DNA of 64,000 nt from an uncultured virus (IMG/VR IMGVR_UViG_3300032167_007731). Its lineage: Duplodnaviria; Heunggongvirae; Uroviricota; Caudoviricetes. The position numbers and the translations under genes were made by a program. The notes below the pieces were generated by a model. That model saw nothing but the letters and a program-made list of their open reading frames with translations, was not told the origin of the DNA and did not search any database. Numbering within the stretch: position 1 is the first letter of the stretch; the number at the start of each line of letters is the position of its first letter. The DNA lies in the IMG/VR virus record IMGVR_UViG_3300032167_007731; one strand, written 5' to 3'. Shown here one piece after another: positions 51,151 to 60,929 of the stretch.

Positions 51151-51686
51151 AAGGTTGCTTGAATATACCTACCTCTACAAAACCAATCTGACTCATAAGG
51201 TGTTATATTAAACAAACCTTGCCATGATTTTAATTTCTTTTCTAATTTTTTTTCAGGAGATAATCTATCGTAATATTTATGTTTACTCTCCCACTCATCC
51301 TCATTCATAGAATTATCAAAATACCAATCATTCAATATAAAATGCCATACATCATAATCACTTAAAACAACTTGATTATCTGGTATTTCTAACTCTATAC
51401 AAACACACTTTGTACCTGGTGTGTCATAACCTGCCTGTCTTAAATCTGGTTTCTTATGTTGCCAATCACGAGTATGCCAAGCCCATACAGGATAACTTAC
51501 ACCTTTTGGTCTTTTACCTATTCTCTTTTCCATTTCAGGTATTAACCAATCATAAGAACTCTTAAAACTTACTTCTTTATCTGAAATATACATAGCTTTT
51601 TTAGGATTACAAACATAATACCCTAATCTATTCATTTCTTCCCAAACTTCAATAGGTTGAATAGTCCAAAGTCTCATATATTTCAC
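51096..51686 (-). CDS. DUF3841-like protein
   Basis: LWTIQP…YDWL…YPVWAW…VVLSDYDVWHFILN…IQATFW. Confidence 0.8.
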   Translation of the reverse strand: MKYMRLWTIQPIEVWEEMNRLGYYVCNPKKAMYISDKEVSFKSSYDWLIPEMEKRIGKRPKGVSYPVWAWHTRDWQHKKPDLRQAGYDTPGTKCVCIELEIPDNQVVLSDYDVWHFILNDWYFDNSMNEDEWESKHKYYDRLSPEKKLEKKLKSWQGLFNITPYESDWFCRGRYIQATFWILWLKDVKKVQFFTAK

Positions 51687-51689
51687 TCC

Positions 51690-53255
51690 TTAATCTTCTT
51701 CTATTTCACCGAACATACTATTTTTATGTATTATTCTTAATATTGAATTATCTTCTTTACAACCTAATACTTTGAAAAATAATCGATTTATTTCTTCTCT
51801 ATAGGCATAAGGAAACTTAATATTCTCTTGTTCTTTTCCTGCATTTAATTTCTTTACAATGCAACTTTTTTCTACTTCTCTCATACCATCTGCTATTAAA
51901 CTTAATTCCATTAATTCTTCTTTTGTAAATCTATCTATAAACATAGGATTACTTAATAATAAACCTTGTGGATATAATATACCACCATCATACATTCTCC
52001 AATATAAATAAGGAAAACTTGAATTCATATAACAATAAATAAAATCAAAAGTTTTTTTATCTTTTACATAATAAGTATATTTTCCACCTCTATCTAACTC
52101 AAATGAACAACCCACAGTAAAATACCTACAAGAATTAGGAATACAAATTAGATATTCTGTTTTTTCTTTACTTATTAAATCTTTTAATCTCAAATTTGAT
52201 TTTTCAAACCAATTATTTTTTATATTTTCTAATTCATTAAAACATTTATAATAGGATTTTTTGTGTTTATCTACTAATTGATATTCAGAACCTACCAAAC
52301 TTTCTAAATATTCTTTATTTAATATTTTTTCTCTTTCTTCTGATTTAAATCTTATTAAAGGACTTATTCTATACCCAAATTTATTACTTTTATTCTCTGT
52401 AACAGTAATTGCTGCACGAGTACTATTTGAAACATTACTATTAAATATACCTTTTTTTCTACCACTAAAAATACAACCTGGTATATTATCAAAAGAAATT
52501 ATAAATCCATTATAATCATTTAGTACTTTTCTCAAATCATAAAACTTTTCACTACCTATAAAACTGAATGGAGAAATAATTACTGAACTTTCACTTTCTC
52601 TTACAATCTTCTCTATAAAACATGAATATAATTCTTTTGTATGTAACATAACATCAGTTACTTCCCAACGCAACTGATATTGAGTAAATTTTGAATATGG
52701 AGGATTTGAAATTACCTTACAATTTTTAGGTAAATGCAATTCAAAATTCAAAAAATCATCACAAATAATATGTAAACTTTCTATACAATCCAAACCATAT
52801 TTTATTCCTATACTATATTTACAAATATTTAATGCTAATTCATCTATATCATATAAATAAACTTTACCTTTTTTTAATAATTCAATCGCCCTTTTTTCAC
52901 CTATTAAATCTAAATAAGACAATATTAATCTACCTGTACCACAAGCAACATCACAAATATTATCTCCTTTTAATTCTTCTAACCATTCACTCATTAAAAT
53001 ACCTACATCATTAGGAGTATAATATTTACCCATTTCTTTTTTTTCTTCTTTATTTATATGACCTAAACCTATCTCATATAATTCACTAAAATTATCTACA
53101 TCTAATATATCAGGAATATTATTATGTAAAAGATTATAATTGATAATATTTTCCCAAACTTTTTCTAATCCATAATTAGATATATCAGATAAATATTTAT
53201 CTAAATTATAATTTATCAAATCAACCTTATCTACATTTTCCAAACTAAAAGACAT
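51690..53255 (-). CDS. N6-adenine DNA methyltransferase (N-6 methylase type), orphan
   Basis: MGKYYTP, CDVACGTG, YDID, ISNPPY. Confidence 0.85.
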   Translation of the reverse strand: MSFSLENVDKVDLINYNLDKYLSDISNYGLEKVWENIINYNLLHNNIPDILDVDNFSELYEIGLGHINKEEKKEMGKYYTPNDVGILMSEWLEELKGDNICDVACGTGRLILSYLDLIGEKRAIELLKKGKVYLYDIDELALNICKYSIGIKYGLDCIESLHIICDDFLNFELHLPKNCKVISNPPYSKFTQYQLRWEVTDVMLHTKELYSCFIEKIVRESESSVIISPFSFIGSEKFYDLRKVLNDYNGFIISFDNIPGCIFSGRKKGIFNSNVSNSTRAAITVTENKSNKFGYRISPLIRFKSEEREKILNKEYLESLVGSEYQLVDKHKKSYYKCFNELENIKNNWFEKSNLRLKDLISKEKTEYLICIPNSCRYFTVGCSFELDRGGKYTYYVKDKKTFDFIYCYMNSSFPYLYWRMYDGGILYPQGLLLSNPMFIDRFTKEELMELSLIADGMREVEKSCIVKKLNAGKEQENIKFPYAYREEINRLFFKVLGCKEDNSILRIIHKNSMFGEIEED

Positions 53256-53351
53256 TTTATAACCACCTCTTATACCCTTTAGGGTATAATTTATATTTTA
53301 TAGCACACTTTTATACCCTATAGGGACTTTTCCTTAATTAGTAAATATCTA

Positions 53352-54518
53352 TTATTTTTCATTTACATCTACTGTATAAAAAGGTGCTTCTTCACCATAA
53401 TCATCACAAGCAGGATAACCACGAGTTTCTATTAACCATATTTGATTAAATAAAGACATTAACACAGGAACAACAATGGCATTACCTGCTAAACCACACA
53501 TTATATTATCACTAATATTACTATTATTCTTTACTTTCCAAAAATCTTTCTCTTTGATTCCCATAAATTTCCAACACTCACTAGCAGTTAATTTATGTAT
53601 TTGATTATTATAAAAAATAGCAGTATGAGAGTTTTGATGTCTTATAGTTGGCGCCCAACGAATACCTACTCTATGGTCTTGAAAACCACTCTTACATTCA
53701 CAAGTAAATATATCTGTAGTATTTAATGGGTCATTAGAACAAGCAGCAATCGCTTCTAAATCTCTTGTATATGCTGGAAGTAAATAATTACTTATTGCAG
53801 GGTCAATCATTAAAGGCCCATTATAATCTCTAACTTCTTTATCTACAAATTTTTCAAAACCTACTTTTATTGGAGGACATACAAAAGAATCTGCACGTGG
53901 AAAATTAACTTCACCATTATACACATCTTTTCTTACACTCAAACAAAATACTCTTTTTCTATTTTGAGGAATACCAAAGTCACAACCATTTAAACAACCA
54001 AAACTTGTATAATAACCAAGTTCATCTAATCTATCTTTCCATTTATCAAAATGTTTTCTATGTTTTTGACGCTCTATTAATTCTGGTACATTCTCTAATA
54101 ATAAATATTTTGGAGGGTTTATTTCATAATCTTCATTTCTAACCAATTTTCCATTAACAATGTCATAACCACAAGAAATTGCTAAAAGTCTTTCTACTTC
54201 CCATAGCAAACCACTACGAGTTGCTATTTTATTTCCTTCATCATCTACAGCAGCAATTCCTGCACCTTTTCCACCAGAACTTAGGTCCTGGCAAGGAAAA
54301 CTGTAAGTCCAAAGGTCAGCATAATCTAATTTTTCTATTTTACTTATATCTCCATAATTACGAGTTTCACCATGTAATATATTATAAGCCTCAATAGCAT
54401 TTTTCTCTATTTCTGCCATACCAACTACTTTATGAGGAATACCTAAGTACTCTAATGCAAAAGCTTGAGTACCTATACCACTAAATAATTCATTTACTGT
54501 TAAACATTTTTCTGACAT
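53352..54518 (-). CDS. C5-cytosine DNA methyltransferase, orphan
   Basis: ELFSGIG, SFPCQDLS, RSGL, LENV, PQNRKRVF, AGNAIVV. Confidence 0.93.
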   Translation of the reverse strand: MSEKCLTVNELFSGIGTQAFALEYLGIPHKVVGMAEIEKNAIEAYNILHGETRNYGDISKIEKLDYADLWTYSFPCQDLSSGGKGAGIAAVDDEGNKIATRSGLLWEVERLLAISCGYDIVNGKLVRNEDYEINPPKYLLLENVPELIERQKHRKHFDKWKDRLDELGYYTSFGCLNGCDFGIPQNRKRVFCLSVRKDVYNGEVNFPRADSFVCPPIKVGFEKFVDKEVRDYNGPLMIDPAISNYLLPAYTRDLEAIAACSNDPLNTTDIFTCECKSGFQDHRVGIRWAPTIRHQNSHTAIFYNNQIHKLTASECWKFMGIKEKDFWKVKNNSNISDNIMCGLAGNAIVVPVLMSLFNQIWLIETRGYPACDDYGEEAPFYTVDVNEK

Positions 54519-54542
54519 ATCTTCAATTAACCCCCTACAATA

Positions 54543-55046
54543 TTATTTTACTATTGCACCATTAACTATAAAACCATTATTATCTTCCAATTCTATATTA
54601 AATATTTCTTCTTCATATTTATAATCTTTTACTGTATACACTTTACGAAAAACATATAATTTATTTAATTCTAAAATACCTTCTATTCTCAATAATTCTT
54701 CTGGTATCAATTCATTCTGTTTTACATTATCTTTATCTTTTCTTGATACGCAAATATAACTACCCATACGAATATCTTTACATTCTATCCAATCTAAAAC
54801 TCCATTATATAAAACATAGAATTTTTGATTTGAAGTTGTTTCTATTTTTTCTAAACCATCTATTTGAACAACAGTTATTTTATGAACTCCTATATTTACT
54901 TTATTTATTACTTTTTTTAATTCTCCTGTTTGAGTATAAATCAAATCATTATTTGTCAATTCCTCTATTGTTTTATACCCAATATTTGTTAATATAGGGG
55001 TTTCCTTAACAAAACCATTTTTTTGTATTAAATTAGTTTCTAACAT
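54543..55046 (-). CDS. Stand-alone Hint (intein-like) domain lacking catalytic residues
   Basis: GFVKETPILTNIGYKTIEEL (block A, Cys1 replaced by Gly), IETTSNQKFYV (block B, His replaced by Gln), IFNIELEDNNGFIVNGAIVK* (blocks F/G without His-Asn). Confidence 0.75.
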   Translation of the reverse strand: MLETNLIQKNGFVKETPILTNIGYKTIEELTNNDLIYTQTGELKKVINKVNIGVHKITVVQIDGLEKIETTSNQKFYVLYNGVLDWIECKDIRMGSYICVSRKDKDNVKQNELIPEELLRIEGILELNKLYVFRKVYTVKDYKYEEEIFNIELEDNNGFIVNGAIVK

Positions 55047-55065
55047 TTTTTCAATTAACCCCCTA

Positions 55066-55461
55066 TTATTCTACACTTTTTGAAATTTGCTTACTGCTCT
55101 CTTCAAAAGCATCTTTTAATTCTTCACTTATTTTTTCTGAACCATCTATTATTTCTTGTTCAGTTGGTAATATTTTTTCTATTTCAGTAATTATTTCTTC
55201 TTCAGTAGGTAATTGTTCATTTATAGACTCACCTAAATCAGAAGCAGTTGGTATTTCTATTTCTAACACCTCAAAAACATCCCAAAAATATTGAGCAGTT
55301 AATTCACCTAATTTTTCACCTTTTTCTGTACTTTCTTTTATATACTCATCATCAAAAGCGCGAGGTGGAAATTCATTTAATCGACCAAAAGTACAACCAC
55401 TAAAACTAAATACTATTATCAATAAACCAATAAAGATTACTAATTTTTTCATTATAGTCAA
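55066..55461 (-). CDS. Acidic lipoprotein
   Basis: Lipobox FSGC; (I/L)PT repeats. Confidence 0.6.
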   Translation of the reverse strand: MTIMKKLVIFIGLLIIVFSFSGCTFGRLNEFPPRAFDDEYIKESTEKGEKLGELTAQYFWDVFEVLEIEIPTASDLGESINEQLPTEEEIITEIEKILPTEQEIIDGSEKISEELKDAFEESSKQISKSVE

Positions 55462-55506
55462 CCCCTTTATTGATATATTAGCCTATTTTTTATCCATTTA
55501 TATACT

Positions 55507-55538
55507 ATTATAATTTAAACAGTCTCAGTTTATGTCCA
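55507..55538 (-). promoter_or_regulatory. TGGACATAA-N17-TATAAT promoter-like motif
   Basis: Copy with a perfect -10 hexamer. Confidence 0.6.
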
Positions 55539-55562
55539 ACATAGTGTGTTATATGTTAAAAT

Positions 55563-55591
55563 AAAAAAGGTGTTTATAATTAAACACCTTT
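55563..55591 (-). terminator. Rho-independent terminator
   Basis: aaaggtgttta-taat-taaacaccttt with a T run on the minus strand. Confidence 0.6.
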
Positions 55592-55606
55592 CAAATTTTT
55601 ATAATT

Positions 55607-56383
55607 TTAATTTGATTTTATAGATTTCACTAATTTTTCTATATAATTTTTTGTCATACACTCTGCTGGAAAATTAAAAGCTATACAATTATGATAGCAT
55701 AAAGAATCTTTATCTCCTGCTTGTAACTCCTGCTTGTTATCAAACTCACCTTGTAATTTACCTACAGTTAATTTAGCATCTTTTGAACTATATTTCTCAC
55801 AAAGTTGTTTATATTGATTACTTCTATGGCTTATATACATTGTACCATCATAATTTTGTGTTAAAAAATCATAAGAAGAAGGATTACACCATTTATCAAA
55901 ATAATCGTATCTATCAAAATGTATCCAAGCACCAACAGGACTATCATAAGCATCTATCCTATAATCAGTAGATAATTTATTATATAAATTAGGATGTTGC
56001 TTCTTTAAAGCCCCCTTAAATACTTCAACTAATTGAGATAATGTTAATTTACCTTGAGCTTGTGCTAACCTTTCGATTTCTTTTTCCAAATTTCCTTGTT
56101 CTTTTTCTTTTAAGTTTTCCAATTTCTTAATATCATTATCTATTTTATTCATTCTCTTTTTAACTTCTGCTACTCTCTCTAAACTCTCTCTAATTTTGGG
56201 GTCTAAACGAGTTGCACTATATTCTAATTTATATTTATATACACGACAACGCCAAAATTTACCACCAATAGTGCAGAGATGAATTTCATCTGGACTTGTA
56301 TAAACTACAACACCTACACACTCATTATCTATGTACTTAAATTTTTTTATATCTCCAACTTTTAATTTATCCATAAATAACAC
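55607..56383 (-). CDS. Hypothetical protein with coiled coil
   Basis: 258 aa ORF. Confidence 0.55.
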   Translation of the reverse strand: MLFMDKLKVGDIKKFKYIDNECVGVVVYTSPDEIHLCTIGGKFWRCRVYKYKLEYSATRLDPKIRESLERVAEVKKRMNKIDNDIKKLENLKEKEQGNLEKEIERLAQAQGKLTLSQLVEVFKGALKKQHPNLYNKLSTDYRIDAYDSPVGAWIHFDRYDYFDKWCNPSSYDFLTQNYDGTMYISHRSNQYKQLCEKYSSKDAKLTVGKLQGEFDNKQELQAGDKDSLCYHNCIAFNFPAECMTKNYIEKLVKSIKSN

Positions 56384-56387
56384 CCCT

Positions 56388-56699
56388 TTATCTTAATAAC
56401 ACAGTAATACCACCAAATTCATCTATTCTACAAACATATAAATCATTTATTATTCTTCTTAATTTATTATAAGAATCAAAACTATATTTTTCAAAGTATT
56501 TACTATTCTTTTTCAATTCATCTAATAAAGATTTCTTAAAAATTAATGCCTCATCAATAGTATTTGAAGTTATATAATTTAAGTTGTCAAAAATTATCAC
56601 AACAGAACTATCAAACTCTCCATTTTTATCAATAGGGGGTTTTCCAAATATAAAACCCTTAAACATTTTTTTACCTTTTGTGCATAAACCATATACCAT
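56388..56699 (-). CDS. Hypothetical protein, paralog of 56719..57057
   Basis: Shared YxLxxKxKxxFxGF…PIDxNGxFxSS. Confidence 0.6.
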   Translation of the reverse strand: MVYGLCTKGKKMFKGFIFGKPPIDKNGEFDSSVVIIFDNLNYITSNTIDEALIFKKSLLDELKKNSKYFEKYSFDSYNKLRRIINDLYVCRIDEFGGITVLLR

Positions 56700-56718
56700 T
56701 ATTATCAGTCCTCTCTAT

Positions 56719-57057
56719 TTATATTGGATTACCAAAATTATCTACTGGTATTATATTATCTACACAAGGTAAGCAGGGTTTTAATTCAGATACTACCCTT
56801 TTCATTTTATCTGATAATCCAGGCATACGAGAATCATATATTCTTTTATTTCTTTCTATATAATCTATAAATTGCTCTTTTAATGCCAATAATTCTCTAA
56901 TATCAGTTGTATAATATAACTGATTACTATTTAAATGACAAACTTTTAAAAACATACTACTTTTGAATTTTCCATTTTCATCAATAGGTATTACTTTTCC
57001 ATCAAAACCACTAAACAATCTTTTACTTTTATTATATAGAGCATAATATGTATACAT
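56719..57057 (-). CDS. Hypothetical protein, paralog of 56388..56699
   Basis: Shared N-terminal motif and C-terminal (I/V)DxFG. Confidence 0.6.
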   Translation of the reverse strand: MYTYYALYNKSKRLFSGFDGKVIPIDENGKFKSSMFLKVCHLNSNQLYYTTDIRELLALKEQFIDYIERNKRIYDSRMPGLSDKMKRVVSELKPCLPCVDNIIPVDNFGNPI

Positions 57058-57093
57058 TCAAAACACCTCTTTTATCATTTTTATTTACATTTT

Positions 57094-57125
57094 ATAATAT
57101 AAAAAATAGATATTTTTTATGTCCA
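57094..57125 (-). promoter_or_regulatory. TGGACATAA-N17-TATTAT promoter-like motif
   Basis: Intergenic copy. Confidence 0.55.
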
Positions 57126-57230
57126 TATATAAAATTATTTATGTTTTAAATTTAAAAATAAAAAGATGTCAATTTGGTAATTTTGACACCTTATTATCAC
57201 ACAATATACACAATAGTACAAATAACTAAT

Positions 57231-57653
57231 TTATTTATTAAATAATTTTCTACCTTGATGCTTATAACATTTTTTTACATATTCTAAATATTTACCACTA
57301 TAATAATCTTTTACACTTATATTTGACATATTTAAATGTTTTAATGATACTTGAAGTTTATCTAATATAATTGTCGCTTCTGTTCTATAATTATCAGGTA
57401 ATTTATTTATTTTATCCCAATCTATATTTAATGTAAATGATAATATTTCATCAGAAGATTTAACAGGATTTTGTATAATATTCATCATATTATACACTCT
57501 ACTTTTTGAAGTAGGAGATATTTCTATCTGATATTTTGAAGGATTATCATTATTTATAATAGATAATTTCAATCTACTATCTCTTGCTATATCTTCTATT
57601 ACAATGCCTAACATTATATAATCATTTATTATATTCATTACTATCAACTCCAT
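57231..57653 (-). CDS. Hypothetical protein, divergent member of the tandem paralog family
   Basis: C-terminal LNMSNISVKDYYSGKYLEYVKKCY…RKL. Confidence 0.5.
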   Translation of the reverse strand: MELIVMNIINDYIMLGIVIEDIARDSRLKLSIINNDNPSKYQIEISPTSKSRVYNMMNIIQNPVKSSDEILSFTLNIDWDKINKLPDNYRTEATIILDKLQVSLKHLNMSNISVKDYYSGKYLEYVKKCYKHQGRKLFNK

Positions 57654-57663
57654 TATTTATATT

Positions 57664-57706
57664 TCTATTTTATGACGGGTTTCAAAGAAACCCGTCATAA
57701 AATAGA
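57664..57706. repeat. Perfect 20-bp inverted repeat
   Basis: tctattttatgacgggtttc-aaa-gaaacccgtcataaaataga. Confidence 0.85.
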
Positions 57707-57735
57707 TAAAGGAAGGAAAACTATGAAAAATAATT

Positions 57736-57975
57736 TTATTTATAATAATTTTTCATTGGGTTTTTATCAAATCTCCAACTATTTGAAATTACAAATACTG
57801 TACTTTCTGATTTTTTACATTTTATAGGATTTTCTAAAAATTTTTTAGCAACTTCCATAGGACTATTTGCAGTTATTTTATCAAAAGTTTTGACACCTTC
57901 TGAAGTTTTTACTTCTGCATAATATGTTCCAAAATAATCACTTGCCTCAATAGGTTTTATTGACATAAAAATCAC
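57736..57975 (-). CDS. Small hypothetical protein
   Basis: GGAG RBS; about 76-79 aa. Confidence 0.5.
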   Translation of the reverse strand: MIFMSIKPIEASDYFGTYYAEVKTSEGVKTFDKITANSPMEVAKKFLENPIKCKKSESTVFVISNSWRFDKNPMKNYYK

Positions 57976-57978
57976 TCC

Positions 57979-58515
57979 TTATTCTACAAATTTAATTTTC
58001 TTACAAATAAAAGGAGCATCTGATACTACTAAACAACCATCTATGCCTAAATCTGACGCAATCATACTATTTGAAGAAAAACTATAATTTTTTAATTCAT
58101 AACCATGAACATACTCATCCTTATAAACTTTACTATATCCATTTAAAGTAGTTAACCATTTACAATATAAATTACTGCCTTTATGACAATTCAACTTTTC
58201 ACAAAAATAGTCATTCACCCATATACAAATATCTCTTACACTATAATCAGATATTAAAGACTCTATATTCTTATTTACTTTTAAGTAATTATTATACAAT
58301 ATACCATAAAAAGAATCTTTATTTTTCTTATACTCTTTTAAAAAGTAATTATTAAATACGAAATAAAGAGTATCTAAATTACCCATTACTTCTACTTCAT
58401 AACTTAAAGTTGCTGCAAAAGGATAATTCTTATTCTCAAATAAAGCATCATTACGCCATCCACTATTATATAACATTATTGTTTTAGCAGTTGAACTTAA
58501 TCCCATTATTCTCAA
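57979..58515 (-). CDS. Hypothetical protein
   Basis: 178 aa with a GGAG RBS. Confidence 0.55.
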   Translation of the reverse strand: MRIMGLSSTAKTIMLYNSGWRNDALFENKNYPFAATLSYEVEVMGNLDTLYFVFNNYFLKEYKKNKDSFYGILYNNYLKVNKNIESLISDYSVRDICIWVNDYFCEKLNCHKGSNLYCKWLTTLNGYSKVYKDEYVHGYELKNYSFSSNSMIASDLGIDGCLVVSDAPFICKKIKFVE

Positions 58516-58519
58516 CTCC

Positions 58520-59032
58520 TTAATTTATATAAGTAATTCTTCTATTACAAGAAGTATGAATTTTTACAAGATAATTATGTAATTTACCATTTCTTATATC
58601 TTCACAAGGTATCTCACAATTTGTTAAACCATTTGCTAATTTTTCCATTTTTCTTAAATGTTCTTTAACTTCTTTCTGTGTTTTCTTATCTAAACTTGAA
58701 ATATAATTTAAATCTTTTGCAACCTCAAAAAATAAATAATTACTTTTCTCTGGATAATATACACTAAAAACATAACCATTTTTTGAAAGACCATATTTTT
58801 GATTCTTAAAACATATTTCACTTGTTATTGAATTTTCAAGCACTTTATTATCTTTATATTTTAAAAACTTTGAAATTATTGAGCCTAATTTTTTATAATT
58901 AGGTGTATTAAAATCATTATTCATTGTTTGTAGAGTATATAATCCCTTTGTCATATTTCTTAATTCTGAATTATCCTCTAACATTGAACGCTTTGAAGCT
59001 GGAGAAGGACCTATATAACCCATAAAAAACAC
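58520..59032 (-). CDS. Hypothetical protein, tandem paralog family
   Basis: LTNCEIPCEDIRNGKLHNYLVKIHTSCNRRI. Confidence 0.6.
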   Translation of the reverse strand: MFFMGYIGPSPASKRSMLEDNSELRNMTKGLYTLQTMNNDFNTPNYKKLGSIISKFLKYKDNKVLENSITSEICFKNQKYGLSKNGYVFSVYYPEKSNYLFFEVAKDLNYISSLDKKTQKEVKEHLRKMEKLANGLTNCEIPCEDIRNGKLHNYLVKIHTSCNRRITYIN

Positions 59033-59036
59033 CTCT

Positions 59037-59588
59037 TTATTGATGATAATGTATTCTTCTTTTGCAAGAAGTATGAATCTTTTTTATAAATTTATGTAAT
59101 TTACCATTGCTTATATCACAGAAAGGTATTTTACATTCTGTCAATGCTATACTTAATTTTTCTAAATTATTTAAGTAAGTTATTAATTGTTTTTCTTCTT
59201 TCTTATTTAACATTAAAGTATATTTATAATCTTTAAAAACTCCAAAATTTAAATAGCCATTTATATCTTCTGATATACTATAAACATGACTTTCTTCTGT
59301 TAAAATATTCTTTTCACAAGTAAGCCAAATTCCTATGTAATACTCATTTTCATCATATATTTTATTATTTTCCATTTCTTCTTTTGTGCATATACTTAAC
59401 TCATCTAATCTATCAAAATCAATATCATCTAATGATTCATAATAAGGAAAATGGAGTTTAATATTTACTTTATTTTCTTTATTTTTTAGAAATTTAGTTA
59501 ATATAGTACCAAATTTTTGATAATTTAAACTGTTAAAATCATATTTTTTTATAGACATATTTAACACCCTTTCTTTTTTATACTTCAA
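59037..59588 (-). CDS. Hypothetical protein, tandem paralog family
   Basis: LTECKIPFCDISNGKLHKFIKKIHTSCKRRI. Confidence 0.6.
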   Translation of the reverse strand: MKYKKERVLNMSIKKYDFNSLNYQKFGTILTKFLKNKENKVNIKLHFPYYESLDDIDFDRLDELSICTKEEMENNKIYDENEYYIGIWLTCEKNILTEESHVYSISEDINGYLNFGVFKDYKYTLMLNKKEEKQLITYLNNLEKLSIALTECKIPFCDISNGKLHKFIKKIHTSCKRRIHYHQ

Positions 59589-60006
59589 CTACTTTTAATC
59601 TTTTTCCATACTTAATATAACTTCTTTTTAAGCATGTTAATAGATTATCATCCATAAAATAAGAAGCTGGAATACACTCTTTATTTAATCTATTTACAAC
59701 TTTTACCATTAAATCATAATAATTTTTCAATTCCTTTAATTGCAATTTAGTATAATCACTTAAAATTGTTTTAGAATCACCAATATAAACTACTCTATAT
59801 CTTACAGGTTTTGAGGTTTCTATTGTATTTAATTCGTCTACCCATATTTTTACAACCCTAGCCACAGAACGACCTTTTGTATTATAAAAATGTAAATGAA
59901 TTAAGTTATTTGAAGTAAATTTTTCTATCTCTATACCTAAATCTAAACATAAAATATATTCTACAAACTTATCACAAAAATATTGTAAGTTTTCCACAAT
60001 TAACAC
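59578..60006 (-). CDS. Hypothetical protein, tandem paralog family
   Basis: LNKECIPASYFMDDNLLTCLKRSY…KRL. Confidence 0.6.
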   Translation of the reverse strand: MLIVENLQYFCDKFVEYILCLDLGIEIEKFTSNNLIHLHFYNTKGRSVARVVKIWVDELNTIETSKPVRYRVVYIGDSKTILSDYTKLQLKELKNYYDLMVKVVNRLNKECIPASYFMDDNLLTCLKRSYIKYGKRLKVVEV

Positions 60007-60008
60007 CT

Positions 60009-60452
60009 CTATCTTTTATATGCTACTATTGTATTTAATAAACGTATTTTATTTTTCTTATGAACTCGCTCTAAAACATTTATTAAACTTAAATCAAACA
60101 TACAACTACTTGGCAATTCTGCCTCATTTAATAAATTTACAAAATATAACAATTTATCTCTATATTCATAAAAAGCATTTAAGTCTTTTATAGATATTTG
60201 TAACCCTGATAATCTTGGGTAATCAACTATTAAATCAAAAGTTATTGGAGTTGATTGAGAGGTTCTTAAAGCCTTAAATTTTATATAAACATAATTTTTC
60301 ATCCAACGCTTTGAACTATCTTTATTTACAATATTAAATTTCTTAAATTCACAAGAACCTATTGGTCTTGCTGTTAAAGTTTCTACTTCTAGTCTTAAAT
60401 CTTTTTTATTTAATTCTTGAATAAAATTTGTAAAATAAGTTTCCATACACAT
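60009..60452 (-). CDS. Hypothetical protein, tandem paralog family
   Basis: LNEAELPSSCMFDLSLINVLERVHKKNKIRL. Confidence 0.6.
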   Translation of the reverse strand: MCMETYFTNFIQELNKKDLRLEVETLTARPIGSCEFKKFNIVNKDSSKRWMKNYVYIKFKALRTSQSTPITFDLIVDYPRLSGLQISIKDLNAFYEYRDKLLYFVNLLNEAELPSSCMFDLSLINVLERVHKKNKIRLLNTIVAYKR

Positions 60453-60515
60453 ATTAAAACACTCCTTTTATCTATATTATTATAAACTTACTTTTTAATT
60501 AAAATTTTATAATAA

Positions 60516-60914
60516 TCAACAAATTACTCCATGTGTTTCTGGTTGAGGAGTAAATACCCAAATTAGTCTATTATCGTTACAACCACAATTAGGACAACTA
60601 CTGTGAATACGACCTAATTTATCTTTATAAACAGAAGTTTTACCACAATTCATACAAGTTTTCTTACCTATTCTCTCATCATTTCTTACCATAGCAACAT
60701 AATGAGAAGGTATTCTCACAACTTGACCATTTTTGATTTTTACATTAAATTGGTCTCTAAATAAGTAATCTGTATCTACTTCCATCCAAACACCTTGATG
60801 AACTCGCATAAAATGTCTGAATTGTTCTGAAGTAAAACCAAAATTACAAGCAACATCATAAGCATCTTTTCTTATAAATACACACATTTTACCATTATTA
60901 AACATTATAATCAC
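60516..60914 (-). CDS. Hypothetical zinc-ribbon protein
   Basis: CMNCGK…CPNCG. Confidence 0.55.
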   Translation of the reverse strand: MIIMFNNGKMCVFIRKDAYDVACNFGFTSEQFRHFMRVHQGVWMEVDTDYLFRDQFNVKIKNGQVVRIPSHYVAMVRNDERIGKKTCMNCGKTSVYKDKLGRIHSSCPNCGCNDNRLIWVFTPQPETHGVIC

Positions 60915-60929
60915 TCCTTGTTATTTCTT

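Noticed and set aside
53352..55046. Hint ORF and methyltransferase as a split or frameshifted intein-containing gene
   Set aside because: The methyltransferase has all motifs contiguous and its own RBS. The Hint ORF lacks splicing residues and exteins.
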